Source of the DNA: Tubiluchus corallicola
Lineage: Eukaryota; Animalia; Priapulida
Assembly: GCA_030141605.1 (NCBI GenBank)
Contig: JAQGDQ010000106.1
Coordinates: forward strand, 124,001 to 188,000
Direction: 5' to 3'
Length of the DNA: 64,000 nucleotides
Position numbers and translations under genes: made by a program. Shown here in pieces: positions 24,501 to 38,900 of the stretch (positions are counted from its first letter, which is position 1; each line of letters opens with the position of its first letter). The notes beneath the pieces were generated by a model. The model was not told where the DNA came from and made no database searches. It worked only from the letters and a program-made list of their open reading frames with translations.

Positions 24501-27500
24501 AGCTAGCACATTACCGCCGAGCTATTAAGTTAGCTAACAAAGTTTCAGCTAACAAGAAATACTTTTGCCGAATCTTACCAAGTTGTTTGGAAAAAATTAA
24601 CTTGGATGTGATACATTTTTGCTACTTCCATTATTTTGTTTTTCTTGTATCAATAATCTTCAGCACTCACCAACAATGATGAATAATCATATAAATTGTA
24701 CTAGTTATCCAAGTAGCAGATTCGACTTTGTCCATTAAAGCTGTGGAAATAATGTACATGTAATGATGTTGTCATTTCAGTGAAAGAGTGGAAATCTAGC
24801 AAAAGATTAAAGTATCTTGGTGTACCAGAATATCAGAACACTGGCATCTTGAGTTACAAATCTACCGAATATCGGTTCATGGTCATGCAACGATTTGGAA
24901 CTGACCTGCAGAAAATCTTTGATGAGAATGGCAAGCGTTTCGGTGTGAAAACTGTACTACAGCTTGGCCTCAGAATTGCAAGTTTCCTCATTTTTAAACT
25001 TTTCGTTCATGAATTCAGTCTCTTAATGCCTTATCTTTTTGGTTTATTTGCTTTTTCTATGCTGAACTGTAGTTACTAGTTGCACTCTAATTTGAACATA
25101 TTTTATAGCTGGATGTGCTAGAGTACATACATGAGAATGAATATGTGCATGCTGACATTAAAGCGGCTAACCTGCTAGTTGGTTATAAAAAAGGAAAGCC
25201 AACCAATGAGGTATCCATTATTTTCTAAAGTTTTTATTTCCTAGTGATTAATTGTTGGCATAATATATATTCCCTATTTTATCTTAACTTGTTTGTCGTG
25301 TCATGCAAATGAAAATAAAGTTGATGTGTCACATATTACTCAACTCTTGAAGCATGTTACATGCTAAACATAGTATGCTGAGTATGCACACTTATAGCAG
25401 TTCAGCCATTAAAATGTTATCTTTACTGACTAACAGAAGAAATTAAAAATTAATATTTGGAAGATTTTATCTTTTATTAACATGTTTCCAGGTTTACCTG
25501 GTGGATTATGGGTTAGTGTACCGATATTGTCCCGGTGGAAAACATAAAGAGTATATAGAGGATCCACGCAAATCTCACGATGGGACAATAGAATTCACAA
25601 GTATTGACATGCACAGAGGCGTGTGTAAGGGCACATGAAATATAGATTTCATTAAATTGCTTTATGTAGAGATTGCAACCTTACACTTTTTCACATGCAA
25701 TTCTAATAAAATTAATTGCAACACCAAATACTTTTAGTCATTTTTGCAAATTTGAATTTATTTTTTACTGAGTTTTCGTTTGGTGGGACATGAGTAGTTT
25801 CTAAACCTATATCATTCAAGGAATAATTCTTTGAGCTATGAATTATGATTTTGACTTTCTAGCAGCTTTAGTAATTTTGTCTGAGAAAAATTGCACAAAA
25901 ATATTATCAAGCCTGTGCCCTTCTTTTAAACTTGCCTAAAGCTTGATGTCAAACTTGGCATCTCATATTTAAAGTTACTCATATTTACAGTTAAGGGGGA
26001 CTAATTTTTTATATGACCCAGTTCTGCAGTCTCACGTTTCCGTGAGTTATTGTGTCATTTTAAATGGTTAAATGGTGATATTTTTAAAACTAACAGCCAT
26101 ACTAAGTTTTTGTAAACCAGTTAAATTTTTTGTAAAGATCCAGATCTTTTTTCAATTTTTTTTCATTATTTAACTCGTTACAACAAATATGTGGGAAAAT
26201 TTTTTACTATTGCTGCTAAAACAACAATTTTTAAAATTGAAATATTAATTTTTACTGTAACTCAATAGATTTCATCTTTGTTTAGAACTGATGGTTCACA
26301 TTGCAACACCTCATTGTCTATTATCCTGGATAAGATTGTGCTGTTTTTTTTCTAGGCCCTTCTCGTAGAGCTGACTTGGAAATCCTGGGATATTGCATGC
26401 TTCAGTGGTTATGTGGACGACTCCCATGGGAAGACAATCTGAAAAACTGTGATTATGTGGCAGACGAAAAAATCAAGTAACTATTAGTTGGCATATAGAA
26501 TAATAATTTTATTATTTGTGTAACTTAAATCTAATTAAAAATTATCATAGTAAAGCTAGCTAGTTTTCATAAAACCATTCTAACATAAAGTTAACAACAT
26601 GAAGCTTTGATGTTATTATACTATTTCATTCTTAGTGGTTATTTGATTGCACATTTTAGCTTGTTGACCTGATGAGTTTTCCTATTTTTATCTGCATGAG
26701 TGTTTTTTAACAGTTAGGATGCAATTAATTACGAAACTTATTAATCTTCTCGTATATAAAATACGTAAATTAGTAAAGTTAATTGTTTACTTTAGACTGA
26801 GCTTTCCATGTGATTTTTTTTAAGGTACATGTCAAATTTGAGTAAACTAATGAAAGACTGTTTCAAAAAAGACAAACCGGTCGGTAAGCAGGCATACAAC
26901 TTGTCTTATGAACATATTTTTTGCTGTTTAATATTCATGCAGTATTACTAATGATCATAGAAATTCCATGAAGTTCATTTAATTTTATGTCTATCGTGAC
27001 ATAATAGCTTACAAACAGTTTGTGAATAAAAGATATTTGTGATGAGTTATGAATGGTCTTGTTCATTTTTTTCCATGTAATTTGATTACCCATAGATGTG
27101 TTATTTATTTCTCCTGGTAAATAACTACATAAATAACCAGTTAATTTGTACACTGCAGTGATTGTATGCTTGTATGTATCATTACATCTGCTATTATTTC
27201 AAATTTTGCATCTCTCACTGTAATAGTTTTTACATTTATAGAGGAAATAGCAAAACTGTTAGAATATAGCCGAACGCTCCGTTACAATGAGAAACCTGAT
27301 TATTCGCGTGTCCGGCGCATGTTTAAAAGTGCTCTCAAGAGCAGAAGGATGACAGATGATGGATATGTTGAACTTCCTGCTTTAGCCGTATCAGCAAGTG
27401 TCAAACGTCCTACTCGGGGCACAGCAAAGGCTGGAAGAAAGGTCTGTGTCATTTATGTTCTAATGTTAGGCATATAAGTAAAATCTTGCCTTTGCTATTG

Positions 27501-30500
27501 AGGACTTGTACTTGTAATCTTAGCTATGAAATGCAATCCTGGTTTTGATCTTGGACAGATTTTTAGTTCAGCAACCAGTGTAATTAAAATCTTTTGATTG
27601 AATATGATACAAACTTCATTCAGTAACCATAGACATAGACATAGAACATTTTTTACAGTTTTACAGCAAAAGTTTTGTTAAATATTAAATAATTGTAATC
27701 ATGGAGCAGGGCAGGGAGGGACCATAGCCCTCCTGCCCTTCCATATAGATAGATTGGTATATTAAAAATAAAAGGTGATGCTGCAGATAATAAAAACAAA
27801 TAAGAAAAAAATAGTACAAATTGTCAAAAGAAAAACTAAAAACAAAAATAGTAAAGTTAAATGCATAAATCTAAGCAAAAGAATGCAATTTCTGGGACAA
27901 CAAAAGATTTGTAAGTAACGTAATAAACCAAAAAAGGTTAAGTACGAAGTAAAGCATTGAATCAAACTAAAACAAAACGAATGAGTAATTTATTAATTGA
28001 AACAAAATGATAAAGGTTAAATCATAATCATTAATGTAGTCAAATTAACCAAAATCAATAATAATTAGAGGACTCGGCAAGAACCAATGAAGGGACAACA
28101 AAATCTATATGCAAAAAATATATATGACGTTGGTTTGGGTAAAAAAAATGAAAAATAATAAATAGTACTTGCAAACAAAGTAGTAGTTTCAAATGAGGTC
28201 TTATTAACAGGAGAATTTGAATAAGGTTAGTGGGTAAAGTTAGCAGTGTGGAAAAAAATAATTAGTTTGAAAAAAATAAACTGCCTCAGTGTTTGTGGTG
28301 TTAAAGCTAGTCTAGTTAAAATGTTTAATATGGAATTTAATATGGATAATTATTCCTAACAAATACTCCTCGATTTGGGCTTATTTTCAATTAATTTTGA
28401 ATGTTTACTCTCGTTTCTTACAATTTATTTTTAAACTAAATAAAATAATCACATGCATATCAAACATATGTGCATTGAGCAATTTTATTTCTTTGTGTAA
28501 CTATTCAAAGCTTAATTAGCTTACATCCTTATACAATTTACAAAGTGGGGTCCAGTACTTGACTGCTGGGTCTACTAATTAATATGCTGATGGTTTAACT
28601 CTGTGGCAAAACAGTAACTTAGCTCCTCGTAATCAAGGCTAGTCTTTTAGGATCAGACACTAAACTAGCAGACCTGTTTTTATCTCATTCAGCTGTACAA
28701 TGTACACCCTTGTCAACAAAGATAAAATAGCTGGAAGCAGTACAGCAGATGGAAACTTCCAAAAGCCAGTTTCCTGCTGAAGACCAGTTACTTTACTTTC
28801 AAGCTCCAGCTTGCTTAAGTTTGTTTACTGAAAACAGTTAAGATGACCACTTAACTATTTCCTTTGCACTGAATAATGTTGGTACCTTTCATTTTAAAAG
28901 GACACGTTTTTTCAATCCTGGAGCACAGGATTAAGTTTATCGTCCTTCCCAAAATTAAAATGAATCCTAGAATTGTAACTACTAGTCGAAATCTGGACAA
29001 CTTTGCAATTTTTGGACCTTGTTTATAACTACTTAAGGGTCATTGTTGGCCATCAGCAGGAATTCTCCTAGGTATGAAAATGGGAGGGTCTACAATTCCC
29101 TAGTCTTTAACATTTTTAGCACAGCTGTAATGAATATAATTATTAAGCAGCCATCAATCCCTCCACCTCACTATGAATCTTATTTCTTGGAAGAAAAATC
29201 TGAAAATACCTGGACAAAAAGTGACTTGAAGTTGCACTTTATCCATGCTGATTTTTGGAAATATTTTCACCAACAATTAATAATGAATAAAATTTTTTCA
29301 AGTGCACATTAATATTTAAAAAGGTTTTCAATGATTCTGTAGAGTAAATGTTAAAAATTAAATTTACTTTCTTACATAAAGCTCAGTGTACAAATCAAAT
29401 TAGACTCATTGGCACTGACTAAATTAGTTTTAGTGTATCATCTGTGTAGTGCACATGCAGAGAAGAATCGGCACATTTTGAAAGTTATGCGCCCACAATT
29501 TGAGAGTTTTGGATATTTACAATTAACCTAATATCTGATTTATGCAAATTTATCTAGAGAAGTAAGAGTGAATCTGGTGATTCTGCCTCTACATCACCGA
29601 GTCCAGTCAGAAGATCATCAAAGCCAAAATTATCATCCCCACGTAAGAGCATTCCAAAACGCCGGTCAAAGGTAATGAACAAACTGACTTCAATAGCAGA
29701 ATATGACAGTGACAGTGACGTTGAATACTTCACTCCCCCGCAGACGCTCAACAGCGGAGATTCATCTGAAGGTTAATTATTTTGTCATATCTTTCTTTTT
29801 TGTCTTTATCTTGTTTAAAGTTTTTGCACATATTTTTACTTTGCAGCTCACTTTTAGCATAACGATCTCCCAGTGTTACGTAGTGATTTCTCTTTTAAAT
29901 AGTTTGTTGATGGTAGTGAACCTGTGACCAATTATGTTTTGTAGTTCCATATAAAATATCTCAATTTCTAACACTAAAACCTGAATCTGTAAATCTTGCT
30001 AGAGATGGTGTCATTTATTTTATATAATAAAAAAGTATTTCACAGTGAGTTGATTAGGCTTACTACGCACCCAATTTTTCAGTGTGAACTAGAATTAATC
30101 AAAACTAGTTCATAAATGTGCTTACTTTCAATGCTGTAGTATACAGGGTATCCAGAAATAGACACAATGGCTTTATTCTTGTACTGATTTTCTAATTTTT
30201 CTGACATAGTAATATGTTGTTTAATTCTTATTTCTTATTTCTGCAAGTAAAAAGTCAAGTTTTTGAAGAAAGCCATGAAACAAGTTTCATTTAGAACAAG
30301 AAACTCCAGCGATTGTACTCCTGTTGATTAATAGCTGCCAGAGCTGCAAATTGTGCGTGGCAATATCAGATATTAAAATATTTGTTCTTTATTCAAAATT
30401 AAGTACTTCACTGTCTGTATGACGAGATGCCTATACCGGCACCTGGCAACACATTTCATAAATCAGAATACTGAGAATAAAGTGATGCTGTCTGCTGTTG

Positions 30501-32053
30501 GCCAAAAAGTTAATATATAGACCACAAAATGCCTATATTGTCACCACAGCCAAAAACATGAGCAAAACTCGCAGAAAAGATTGCTGTTATTACTGAATGT
30601 GCTCTGCAATCTGCTGTTGACTTTTGATTTTACCCTACATTTTGCAAGTTGCTTTGAATTATACCATGCAAAGTAAAACTACTTTTGAAGTGTTGTGATG
30701 AAACTGGTATTGATGAAAATGGTTGTACTAGTAATGACAGTAGTGGACAGCAACAGCAGTGAAATTATTGGGGTGACAACAACTATGGTGGTGGCAATAT
30801 TTTGCCATGATAGTTTTGACAATAAAACTGATGCAGTAAACGTTGCAGTAACCTGTAGTCTGTAGCAGTACAACTTTTCCTTTTCTTAAGATTTTTCCCT
30901 GCACCATCTACAATAAGAAATGCATGGCCTTGAAGAGGTTAAGTGCTCTTCTTGGGTTTTCACTATTTTTATTTATTTATTACATTTTTTTCTGTAGAAG
31001 GGATCTGGCACTTTATGATATCTTATATACTTCATTATAACCCAATGCGATTCTGTATTTGCTGATTCACTTTGTCACAAAAAGCAAAATATAAGGCCAA
31101 TCTCTTTTCCACTACGGTAAAATTTCTGTTAAACAATTATCTAGATCCAAATCTTTATTAACACATTACATTATGCATGTAAATTACTAATTTATTGGAT
31201 TTGGAAGATATCTGCGAGCAAGCATCATGTTCCTTTCCATTATTATACTATGATATTAAAATAATAAAGCAGCTTGTATAACTGTAGATCAATTGTTCAA
31301 AGACATTTTGTCTGAATATGGTCTGGCTTCCATGATATGTTTAGTTAATCAACACCTTACTCTAGTTTAGTATACCCTGTATCGAATTACACTCTGTGCG
31401 TGTGCGTGCGTGCGTGTGTGTTGTAACAAACTGTGAAATTATTTTTCAACATGATGTTACACATTGTTCTAGATGAAGGAAACAGCCGAGCATTTAACAA
31501 ACGTAGACAGACACTGTTAAACAATGCCCGGCGTAGGTCTTCGCTGATGCTAGCTCCAGTACAGTCTAAAGGTAGTAATCACATTAATCATTGTTAATCA
31601 TTAATAACAGCCAACTTTTAGTGATTTGGCTGTTGAAAATCTGACATCTGTTATTTGTGTGAAAAATAGTGATGGACACTTGACTGGTTTGCTTGGATTT
31701 TCCTGTGGCTGCACTACAGTGTTTGCCACTGCAGCTTTTACATTTGCAATTCAAATTATTAATTGAATTAAATGTCAGCAATCATCCATAGATTTTTCTT
31801 TACTTAGAAATAATTCTAGAGTTATTATTCAGAATACTGTGAAATGCTGAAGAAAATACAGGTAGCTACACAATGGTGATTTTCTTATTTATATTTTTCA
31901 GCATTAAAGTTGAAAGACAAAGCATTGAAAACTATGACAAAAGCTCAGCCATCTACATCTTCATTAAAACATTTGGCATTTGCACGTGGTCCACCACTTC
32001 CTGGACAAAGGCGCACTGACACTAAAGTAGCTACACCAAAACGAAGAAAATAG
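21535..32053 (+). CDS. VRK1: Vaccinia-related serine/threonine kinase (VRK1/2, NHK-1/ballchen-like), 11 coding exons, ~557 aa
   Basis: Exons 21535-21861, 22911-22980, 24781-24977, 25109-25210, 25492-25624, 26356-26476, 26825-26883, 27242-27441, 29558-29771, 31473-31571, 31902-32053; total 1674 nt, phases agree. Motifs [75 protein letters not shown] and LPWE. The last three exons (basic, Ser-rich tail) are less certain. Confidence 0.92.
22143..22715. mobile_element. piggyBac-like MITE in VRK intron 1
   Basis: TIRs CCCTTTCACTACG (22143) and CGTAGTGAAAGGG (22703-22715), flanked by TTAA and CTAA (degenerate TTAA TSD). No coding capacity. Confidence 0.75.
27765..28600 (-). mobile_element. Probable decayed LINE 3' end
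   Basis: Strong A/T strand skew, and a GGTTCTTGCCGAGTCCTC motif on the minus strand that resembles L2/Crack 3'UTRs. No clean translation. Confidence 0.3.
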
Positions 32054-32921
32054 AAAGTTTAGTAACAGAACATTGTCAAATGCTAAAGTCCTTGCACTTT
32101 TTTTCAGTAAACTGCTCATTTATGGAGTTTTTCAGCAAGTGGATGCTATGAAATTTGATATTTCTAAATACATGTGCACGACTAATATTTGCAATAATTC
32201 TAAAAACACTTTTCTTTAGTTTATTTTATATAAGAATATGGTTCAAGTATATGTTAGGAGAAAAACTGTTTGCAAACTGTAATAGTTTTTTCCAACTATT
32301 GATTTGTTCTCCAAAATTGTTTTTGATACAGTTCTTAATAGACCAAGTCAATATTTTGTAATTTATATGTTGCTTATTAAATGTTGCACCAAATTTGTAA
32401 AATATAAACGATTAGTTAGACATTTTATTACATTGCCTTAAGTACTGCATTGAAATTAAAGGTCTGCCAGTGCCTACTAATACAAGTGTGGTTAACATAC
32501 TTTTAACACAGTGTTTAATATGCTGTACTAAAACACAATTAACCAGAGTTAGAGGTAGCTTCTCCCGTAAAATAAAATGGCGATAAAATTGCGTTTTTGC
32601 AAAACACTAGCAATAATTTCCATATTTACACTATTGCTTGGTTGCATGGTATTAGAGCAATTACATCATATATTGAACAGAATACTCTCATTTACAAGAA
32701 CGATGTTCAAACCATGAGAACTTTCAATGTCAGCTGCATTCGTGTCAGCATTGCTATTTTTTTCAAGATCTAGCAGCATCTGCGCGTTGGCTTCTTCACA
32801 AACTTTGAACTTTGTGGTTGTTCTGACATACACAACACAATACTACACCTGTGGAAATCTTTATCTGTTGTTAACAGAGTCTGTAATGCAGCTCGTTGCT
32901 GCTATGCACCAAAATAATAGG

Positions 32922-35900
32922 TCAACTTGGCACCTCAACCGTAATTCGCTGTAAAAAAAACGTTTTGTTTATCACTCGGATATAATCAAACAATAACTTA
33001 GCACTATAATTTTATAATGCACTAAAAATTGCCGGAGTTTGTAATCTAAGATTACAACGCATGCAAGTAGACATAAAATAAGAAATAAAATAAGAATGCA
33101 TAAGAATAAAAGCTAAACTATATTTTATTCTAGTAACACAATATTTGCTTTAATAGTGTTAATAACTACAAAAGTGACATAAATTCAGTCAGCTGATTTG
33201 TTTGATTACCAAAATCAGGTTGTTTTATTTTAAGTCATTGCAAGCTGCATTGGTGACATAGCTGCTACAATATCAAATTATAAGTTAGCGTGGGTGAGCG
33301 CTGGTTACTTACAACAAGAACAGTAGTACATAAAAGATTTTTTGCATCAATAATAACACCAAAAATTTTCAAACAACTTTGTAAAATACTTAATATATGT
33401 TAACATATTTTAATGCAGATGCGCATTCATTAAACCTATTTATTGTTATTACATAAATATTTATAAAAACCGAAATGAAAACAATAAAAGTTTTAGTGGA
33501 GCAATCGTTGCTCTACCAGATAAAAATTGGAAGGCAACAGCAATAATTTATGGAGCAAATCCAAATATTTTGAGCCCTTTTCGCTACGTGGTATGTAACG
33601 TGCATGAATAGCTGGTCTTGAATACAAGCTACCTCAAACATTGCTTTCGGTTAGATGCAGCTGCGGTGGCACAAAACTCTGATCTGGAAATGTTTATTAC
33701 GCAATTATGAATTAAGAGAGCAATGGTATTGTTACTTACTGTGCAGCAGTAAGGGCATTCTCCAAAAATTCTGTTAAAGCTTTGCTGGTTATCTGGGTTT
33801 GACCGCAAACACTGAAATTGATTATTATTAATGATTTTTTATATTCTTAGCTTCAGCATTATTTATTAACGATGGAATGAACCCACAATTACTGAAATTT
33901 CAAGACCAAAAAATAAAGAACCAGACAAATTTGTCTGAAAAAAGGAAGTATCATGAAGTCGTAATTAAGCTGTATTTGAATCAGCTATTGGATTACACAT
34001 CGAATGGCACAACATTTTTATGCTTTAAATTTAATGCAAAAAAATTAATCAGACTAAACTGATGGTTGGCGACCTACAATGATGAGTTACGACCTGGCAT
34101 GATCCTAGAGCTGAGTATTCTAGGGGTCATAGGATTAGATCTGTATTCTAAAGGTTGCTGATTCAAATCCAAACTTAGTCTCTCCTTTTGAATAAATTTA
34201 TTTTGAAATTCTAATATATGCAGGTAAAGAATAGTAGCCGCAGGTGAAAAAATTGCATATTTCATAAGCAAGTAAATATTGCAAGCATTAGATGCTACAT
34301 AGTTTCAGTCATGGGGTAACAAACAAAATTATGAAAACTGAAAATGAGCACAAAGAACAATGCGATCATTTCTATTTCTTACTCGCAAACCAAAACCGTA
34401 TATAAATCAGCATAGTTAAAACTATATCATGATGCTTCAAAGTAGAATGACCCAAAAAGTTCTGTCTAGAAACTAGTACTACAACTGTAAAAAACTCCTA
34501 TTTTCAAACTCCGATAGTAGCTCCTGGAAGCCGTCATTTTGTTTCAGGTTTTTTTCTGTCGCCAAGCCCAAATCTTCGTGAAAAAGGGCCATCTACTTGA
34601 TTAAAACATAGCTTCAATGTGCTCTAGCAAAGTCCGTAGCAACCAACGTGTCAAAAAACAATAGCTCAACTCCAATGTGGATTATCTCAGCTTAGAAATA
34701 CTATAGAGCGATGAGCTTGGTATCAAAACGGTCCTCATGAAACAGAGATTCGGGATATGTAAATAACCAGAAAAACTTGATTGCCAACTTATGGACGATT
34801 TTGCTATGCAAGAACACATTTAATTCTTTTTATTTGTAATATACAATAAGGAAGATACCAGGTTCATCTGCAATTTTATATTAAAAAGCCACGTGAAAAC
34901 AATTACGGGGAGGTACCTGGTAGATACATTCCTGATGATATGCTTGTCCACATTTGCTATTCTCGCATAAAACAACTGGTAGTGTCTTCCCAAGCTGGTA
35001 GGCATAGCAAATGCCACAACCGATGTCAAAATCCTGGAAAACCAATTTGAGCCACTAGATGACAATTAAAGCAAGTGAACGAGTTCATTTGATTGTTTTA
35101 CAGATTACTTTCAGTGTTACAATACAAGAAATTCCTCAATAATCTACTACTAGTCTAGGCCACGCAAAAATTTTGCTCATAAATACACGTGCATAATAAA
35201 CACAGCCCTGTACTTCCTCTTTACAGAGAACTATAAATTTTCCCCCAAGACCCCCACCAAGTAGTTGGGTCTGGGATAACGCTTGTTACGGCTAAAGCCC
35301 TCGCGTGAATTCTAAATGCGCTTACTACACCAACCGTTGAACAGGCTATCTAGCCATTATAAGCACAGCCCCCGGCATGTTTTCATTCTCTACAGCAAAT
35401 GAGATATAAGTTCTGCAAAAAACGGGCAAAAAGGGTCATTTTTAGAGGTTTTTTCTCTCGGCGACCCCAATTCAATAAATAAACCATGAATTAGGAGACC
35501 TTTTGTTTGATGCGAGGATCACCAAGAATTGTGCTGTCTTTGGAGCTCTAGCTTCAAATCTGAATTGAATATATATATATAACACGCATTACCACCGAAA
35601 TTAATTTATATAGTGACATGAGCAGCATATAGAATTCAGAATTAAAAAAGAAATACTATACTGCAATGCCAAGAACTACTGTCCACTACATGCCTAGTGT
35701 CACCAGAAAGATACGTGCAAAATATTGTTCATGACTTTCATCTTGAAAAGTGCGCAGTATTACACAAGGAAAAATATCATACAGTTATTTTATTGTGCAT
35801 GAAATATCAGTTTTCTATGGCCTTTTTGAAACTATTTGATTTAAAAATGTGAAATACCTTAATAAAAAACATCATTAGTTAAATAAAATTTGAATTTAGA

Positions 35901-38900
35901 TGTAATACCCGTGCTTCAGGTTCCATCCGGGAAGGTAGCGTCACCTCCATTAATAATTGCAAGTTATTTATTAATGTATCCTTCGTATCCCTATTGTAAA
36001 AGCAAAAGGGAGTAGTCTGGTGTTATGCAAACTTGCTATTAGTGGGCAACAGTAGCAAAAGAAAAATAAAAACAAGTTAAATTTTGAAACTGTTAAGTTT
36101 TTGCACTGAATCGGATTGGAAATTTGCAAAGATACTCAATATAATTTCTAAGTATTTTCACTGCATCTATAAACTTTACTTATACACTACAAACTGTTGA
36201 GAGTACAAATATAATAATTACAAAACTAAGTGTATCTAAACAACCACGGCTGCAGATTTACTAACCATTTGTCTGTATTTACTCGAAACTTTTCTCGATA
36301 CTGTCCCACCGCTGAAACACAAAAATATTTTAGTTGTAATAACGCTGCATTTACAAAGCATTGAGGCAAATCGACTGCCAACAAATGCACCAGCAGGTAG
36401 AGCAATGGAAGAAATACTAGGTGGTTAACTCTTATCACACATAACAAGGACATCAGCTCGAAGTAAGGCTGTCAATCGAATAGAAAATTTTGAAATTGAA
36501 TCGAATTGGAAGTTTTTGGAATTGCATCAAATTGAATCAACATTTTCAAATTGAATTTGAATCAAATAAAAATTTACAATATATGCACTTAAATCTGGAT
36601 CTTGGTGTGCAGTATTGCACTTTTGCATCTCTATGTTTTTAAGCTAGGATTTCTGAGTCACTTTTAGGTTGCGGTTTTTCAAGGAAGGTCGAAAAAGTGC
36701 AGTGGCACCTGCGAGTGTATTTTTCGGCAGTTCTTTACTTTTCAAACAAGGTCAAGATTGCAAAATTTATTCCAAGATTATCAAACACAGTAAAATCAGG
36801 CATTTAGAGTCGAAATATTTATTAATATTATGCGATTAAGCATGCTTAGGTCTATGATAACACTGTCTGAGAGTTCTGCTATAAGTTTTACAGTTAAAAA
36901 ACTTTTGTAAAATTATCCACACAACTTAATTTTACAACGTGTTCTACCATTAGTAACATTAAATAAAAAAATACAGCTAAGGGTTTTACAGTTAAAAAAT
37001 TCGAGTACTAGAGCTAACACAAATAGCAGCTAGCCATCTTCAATTCAAGATGTGCATATTTCTTACATGAACAACACATGGTAACATAGTAACGATTACA
37101 ACTACATCATGACAGCAACGGCATGAATTTCTCAAATTTTGGAGACATCAAATCGAATGTGCGAATTTTCAGATTCGACTGCCAGTCCTGGCTCATATTA
37201 CAATAAATTAAGATACAATTATTATAAAAGAAACAACAGCTAAATGTTCGAAATCTTAAAGAATGTTATGTGTACACCAAAGTTACTGCTGTAATGCACA
37301 AATGCACATTGCAAAGGATGTATTGTCACAACTTTGCCTGGGATTATCACGTGCGCAAAACAGTCATAATTTATATCATTACCAAGCAGTTACAAACAAA
37401 CAAAAAAGACAGATAGTAGTACTGATACAATGGCAACAAAAACATTTAAACTGAGCAGTTCTTGCAAAATATTTAGTACACTTGTTCAATATACACTGAT
37501 ATTACCAATGTACCGTGTTCAGATCCAATAAAGATGCATTCGGGCAAGGCACGTGGATTCCAAGGGTCTATGATCATGTGGAGAAATGCATTTTTATCTG
37601 AAAAATAGATCCACTACAAATTTAGAAAATCAAAGAACAATAAATTCATTAATAATAGTTAATCAACAATTGTGGTGAGTGGCTGTGTCTTGGTTAGCGA
37701 AAAGGCAGCACATAGTTTACACTTATGAAAAATTTATCAAAAACAAAATTGATCTTAAGTTGAAAGATTTGCTAAGAGGTTGCACCTTGTCGATTGTGAG
37801 GTTGACTATGTTCATAGACCAACAAACTCTGTATCTCTAACATCCACTGTCATTGCCTATTTATAATTTAAATTTGACAATTATTACTTTTGATGGAATT
37901 AAGTTAGTGAACCCTACCAGCCATGTTTGGTTTATAGACTGCTGAAAATATGGTTTGACCCAAAAAAATTGTTACAAATGGTTTTCAACAGGTTTTTATA
38001 GTATCAAGTGTGCTTATCAGAGGTCACTTTAACCACAGTCTGGTCACCAGAAAGGCTTCATTTTCAAGATGGTGTCAAGGGTGGCCGTTAAATCATGAAA
38101 ACATTTATCAGTCCTTCATTATTCCTCCTGGTAAAGTAATTTTGATGCCTAATCCCATGTTTTGGAGATCCGAGGAATCCAATTTACATAATTAATTATC
38201 CAAGATGGCGCAACCAGTATCGGCCGCATAACTGTGAAAATATTCATTAGTTTATCAGTGATCAGTATTCATCACAGACAAGGAATTATGGTCCTATCCC
38301 CATGGTTTGGGGTTCAAGGGATGCATTGCAGTTCGTATCCTGCACAACTACATATTGGTTAGCATGCAGTTGTCCAATTACAATGGACCATTTGAAGGAG
38401 ACATTTTGAAGCAGCAGTTTTCTTGAACATAATTGGCATGAGTCGATAACTCTTTGGATTCTATAAGGAGGAAGATATTCTGGGGAACAAATAACTTGGC
38501 AGAAACAATTTTCTTGCTAAATAGACTACAGCATAGCGAGATAACTAAATCGACACTCTTGGTACTAAACAAAATGCCATGCTTCTTTGTTGCCAAAGGC
38601 TTCTGTGACATTATATGATTGATTTGGGATCAGATCCTGTCACAAAATCAAAAAGCCCATGTTTGTTACAGACTCAGAAAAGAAAACTAACATTTTTTTC
38701 CTGTTATACTGTTATAACAAGGATATACTAGTATCTACAAAAAATGATTATCCCATATATCCATGACAACCCTGTATTCTCCATAAACAAAAACCAAATG
38801 TAGGTTTGCAGCATGTTAAATACCTTCTGTTTGCATGTAAGCCCATGCTGGCTGTATTACATGAAATTTGTTACCAGTTGCTTCAGTTACCTGCTGCTGC

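Noticed and set aside
30679-30873. Low-complexity ORF in a VRK intron
   Set aside because: It is decayed trinucleotide-like sequence with no splice-compatible frame.
32670-32825. Open ~50-codon minus-strand stretch (TTTKFKVCEEANAQMLLDLEKN...) downstream of the FANCL stop
   Set aside because: FANCL already terminates at 32922 with a homologous RITVEVPS end. This stretch has no recognisable homology and is most likely 3'UTR.
34075-34180. Box C/D-like (ATGATGA...CTGA) or tRNA-like stretch
   Set aside because: It is on the wrong strand for an intronic snoRNA of FANCL, and I see no terminal stem or full cloverleaf. At most it is a decayed SINE head.
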